From positions 3,338,677 to 3,402,676 of the forward strand of contig MU054117.1 of the NCBI GenBank assembly GCA_013239625.1: DNA of 64,000 nucleotides, written 5' to 3'. This document shows, piece by piece, positions 60,379-64,000 of the stretch (within the stretch, counting starts at the first letter, position 1; every line of letters begins with the position of its first letter). The notes beneath the pieces were generated by a model. It ran no database searches, was not told where the DNA came from, and saw only the letters and a list, made by a program, of their open reading frames with translations. A program made the translations under genes and the position numbers. Origin of the DNA: Lama guanicoe. Its lineage: Eukaryota.

Positions 60379-63300
60379 ACTAATTTTTATTTTTTTAATG
60401 CAAGTTTGTAAGAAGATGGGGGTCTATCTCTGCCTTGTTCACTCCCACGTCCCCCAGACCTAGCCCCATGGCAGCCTGGAGCCAGGGAGCCCAAGATCGA
60501 TCTCCTGATGAGTAAAGAAGTGAGTGCGTGTGACAGTCCGAGGAATGTGGACGACCGGTCTGGTCTACGGTAGCTTCGTCCTCCCTTCTGGACCAAATTC
60601 CCCTTTTGTGAAAAGATGAAGTGACCCACGCGACTGCCTTAATAATCCACCACCCCAGGAAGTGGTGCTTTCTGCTTCCACGGCGCCCCGCCTCCTTGAG
60701 AGGAGAAGAAGAAACAAGAAAACCGACCACAACTCAGGGAAGTGTTGTTGGTTTTAATAGGCGGGGTGGAGTCCAACAGTTTAAGGAACGTATAAAAAGA
60801 CCTTTTACTTTTTGCTGGAACACGATGTGATTTGTGCATAGCACATACATATTAAAAAAAATAGGAGCATCAATTTTTACAAGCACAGGACTGAGCAAAG
60901 TCCGAGTTTTCCCCCCTGCTAGACCCAAGCTTGAGGACAATTGTGCACTGGGACCCAGCCTGAGGTACTTATTCGATTTATAGAAAGGGAAAGTCACGTA
61001 AGGACACAGGTGTCTGAACGCTGGACTTCCAGCAGCTCAGTGAGGTATACGAACATGGTTCTGCGCTGGCGGTCTGGGTGCTGGACCAGATCTGGGGTCT
61101 GTTCTGGGTGTGTTCGCTCCCTCCTCCTGCTCTGGGAGGAGGAAATGCTGGCTCAGAGGCAAGCACAGTGGGAAAGCTCTACCTGTCCTTCTGGCCCTGA
61201 GCCAAGCACGCCTCCCTCGGGAGGCAGCAGAATGAGCTGGCTGGGTTCTTGCCGGGAGGAGGTGGGGGCAGCTGCTAGAGAGCCACCTTGCAGGCGCAGA
61301 ACCCAGAGACCTGGGGGAAGAGCACTGCGGGGGGAGACGTAGGTGTCTTTGAGCTCGTGTGCACGTGGAAAGGGACAAAGGGGAGGGAGGGCAGAGGGGG
61401 CATTCCCGTGTCTTGGAGCCCAGCGACCTCCTGTGGTTTGCACCAGTGGCCGTGGCACAAAGTGGGCAAAGACAGTGGACGCCCACCCCCGGGAGGAAAG
61501 GGAAGCAAAGCTTGTGGCCTGTTATGTTTCCTTCCTCCCTCGGGGCTTGCCCAGAACGAGAGTGTGAAGGATCTGAGGTCCAGGACAAGAAAGGGCCGGA
61601 GCCAGCCCGGGAGTAGGACGGGGCTGGGAGAGAACGTCAGGCCGTGCTATTGGCCATGTGTCTGAGCGGGAGAGGTCTGTGGCTGGGATCGGAGGACCAG
61701 AGAAAGTCTCCTCTTTCTTAAGCAGACAGCAGCCCGACCCGGGCCCTGGAGTGTACGCTGCAGGTGTGCTGGGACGTGGTGGCAGAGGGGAGGCTGTGAG
61801 GGCTGACGGCAGGGTATTCATTACAAGAAGATACGCTGCTTGCGACGGAGAAGTGGGGAGGGAAGGGGGTTAGAAGGCAGCAAATGCAGAGCACCATCAA
61901 CAGCAGGGCCGAGCAGGGGGGTTGCTCCTCCTCCGAGGTCCCTCTGCTGCCCTGGGGCCGGGGGTGCAGATTCTACGCGGGCTCTCAGCTAACACCCTCC
62001 CAGCCGGGGAGCTGTCTTCCAGGGGTGCACGTGTGCCACTCTCTTCTTCATCGTTTGCTCTTGAAGAGGGAATCAGGCAGCTTCCCCCCCGGACACCCCA
62101 CCTCCACTTTGCAGGGAGCTGCTAGAGAAGCTTCAGGATGGAAGGGAGGCCAATTAGCTACGGAAGTCCATAAACCAGGGACGTAGCTCAGGATGTGGGG
62201 GAGGGAGGGAGGACCCAAGGCGTCTCAGGACACTCTCGGCAGGAAGGTGGGGTTCACTCTTGTCCCTCTGCTTACGCGGCCTTGTCTGCAGCCTTTCAGA
62301 CCTGACGGGGCTGACGGGTGGGCGTGGGGCCCAGACGGCGGTCAGATGGGAGAGGGCTCCGCACACCTGTGCGCGGACACGGCGGCAGGAGAGGGTCCGA
62401 GGAGCCGCTTGCCGGTCTCGCTCTGTTCCTGCCCCGAGCCCGCCTCTGCGGCGGGACTGACTTCCCCCGAGTCTGAGTCACCCAGCGGTCAGAGAGGAGG
62501 CCCTTGGGAGACTTCCCTTGGATGGGAAGGTTTTTAAAGGGTCGGGGACACACCCCTGCCTCGGAGGTGATCATCAGCGTGTGCAGCCCCTCGTCCAGCC
62601 CGGGCCCTGGTACCAGTGAGATCAGACGCTCGGCGGCCGGTAGGGACGCCAGCCGCAGACGGCGCCAAGGGACGACCGACCATCAGGCCTTTCTGACTCT
62701 GTGTATTTCAGAGCCTCTCCTTTCCACTCCCAGCATGAAAAATGGGAGTAGACATTTGGGGACAGACCTCGTCAGGGTTTGGACACTTTTATGAGCCTCT
62801 AAGGAGCTGCAGGAAAGACCTCGCCATCGGAGCCCTGCGAGTCTCTTTAGAAGAGCGCCCTCTGCCGCCGAGTTAGTCACGACCTGGAAGAAGGGAGCGG
62901 GTGCTTTGGGACCTAAGGCTTTCTTCTCCCTCCCAGATCCCGGTCCCTCTGCACCCCCAGGCCCCCGACACGCCCACCCCATCCCACCGGGAACTGACGT
63001 GCAGCCCAGGCTCTGAGCGCGTCCGTTTCTGACAGACGCTATTAAAGAGGGTGCACTGGGGCGAGACCTCCCGAGAAACAGTCAGCTGCGCCCCCGCCTC
63101 CAAGCGGACCCACACTTGGACTATTCCCAACAGTCAGGATGGACCAATGTCCTCCCACTTCTGCTTCACCAAGACCCCAGCCCCAGCCAGTTTCTGCCCA
63201 AGGCTTGCACACCCTCTCTTATCCTGAGCCCCTACTGCCCTGCCGTCCCACCCTCACTCACCTGGGTCTGCCCCCCCCACCCCAGCCCCTTCCTCCTAGC

Positions 63301-64000
63301 ACACGCCTCCCCGATGTTTGCCGGCAGAGGAGGCGGCCAGTAGGGTGTCTCTCCCTCGGAATCGCCAACCTCCATCTTCAGCTCAGCTCGGATCTGTCTA
63401 CAGATGACATGAAGGCACTTGTCGGGGGCGAGGGCTTGTCCTGCAGGCTGGGGCCCTCAAGAGTCGCAGAGGGCGCCAGCCCGTTTTGTGACTCGGTGGT
63501 TCACGTATGCCGACAGACAGTATTCGGCTCTGCCATGGCTCTCTCTGGTTTCAGGAACATTCCAATGGTTCTGGAATCTGCAGGTTCCAGGCAGACAACA
63601 TTTACGGTAGCTTGGGGAGCCTCTGCTTTAAATACTCTCAAAGGACGGGAGGCAGGAAGACATGGCACAGCAAGGAGCTGCTCCAGCCTGACCGCTCGAT
63701 TTCACAGGATTATCACTCCTCTCCGACTGCAGGGGGTCAGAGGGGTCAAAGGTCGGAGGTCGCAGCGCCCATTCGACTGCATCCAGGTACCAGCGCGTGT
63801 GGAAGACGAGGACGGCTGGGAAGGAAGTGAGGGTATCGGGTGAGAACTTGGGTGCGTTTCCTGGACGGAGCTGGAGAGGAATTAGCATCTGTCGTCCAAA
63901 GCCTCTCCGTTTCCTCCGTGCCCTAGTTTGTACCCCTCATCCCTCGCCAGAGGGGTTGCCATTATTAGGATCCTTGTCATCCGAGGTTAAAATAAGCCCT

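Noticed and set aside
63139..63843. 234-aa ORF near the window end, possibly FGF6
   Set aside because: No FGF-core similarity. FGF6 is expected further along, outside the window.

Overview
Mammalian genomic DNA, most likely camelid (inferred from a tRNA-Ala-derived, vic-1-like SINE present in about 9 copies). It is syntenic with the human 12p13 CCND2-TIGAR-FGF23 block. It holds the last ~430 nt of a 3'UTR resembling CCND2, a complete 6-exon TIGAR gene on + (CDS 8777..27403, 269 aa, CpG-island promoter), and a complete 3-exon FGF23 gene on - (CDS 41596..33973, 244 aa). About 22 kb of repeat-rich intergenic DNA lies upstream of FGF23. All coding introns are GT-AG and both reading frames are intact. 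I found no evidence of a new multi-gene system. The observations most worth following up are: FGF23 C-tail changes (Cys206-equivalent to Arg, loss of the FAM20C S-x-E motif at the furin site); an upstream AUG in each gene; a K-for-R change near TIGAR His198; a 602-bp tandem duplication upstream of FGF23 whose mismatches all sit at the junction; a 3'-truncated L1 whose 5' end abuts TIGAR exon 4; and oriented CTCF motifs. Comparisons with human and cow sequences are from memory and need alignment to confirm.
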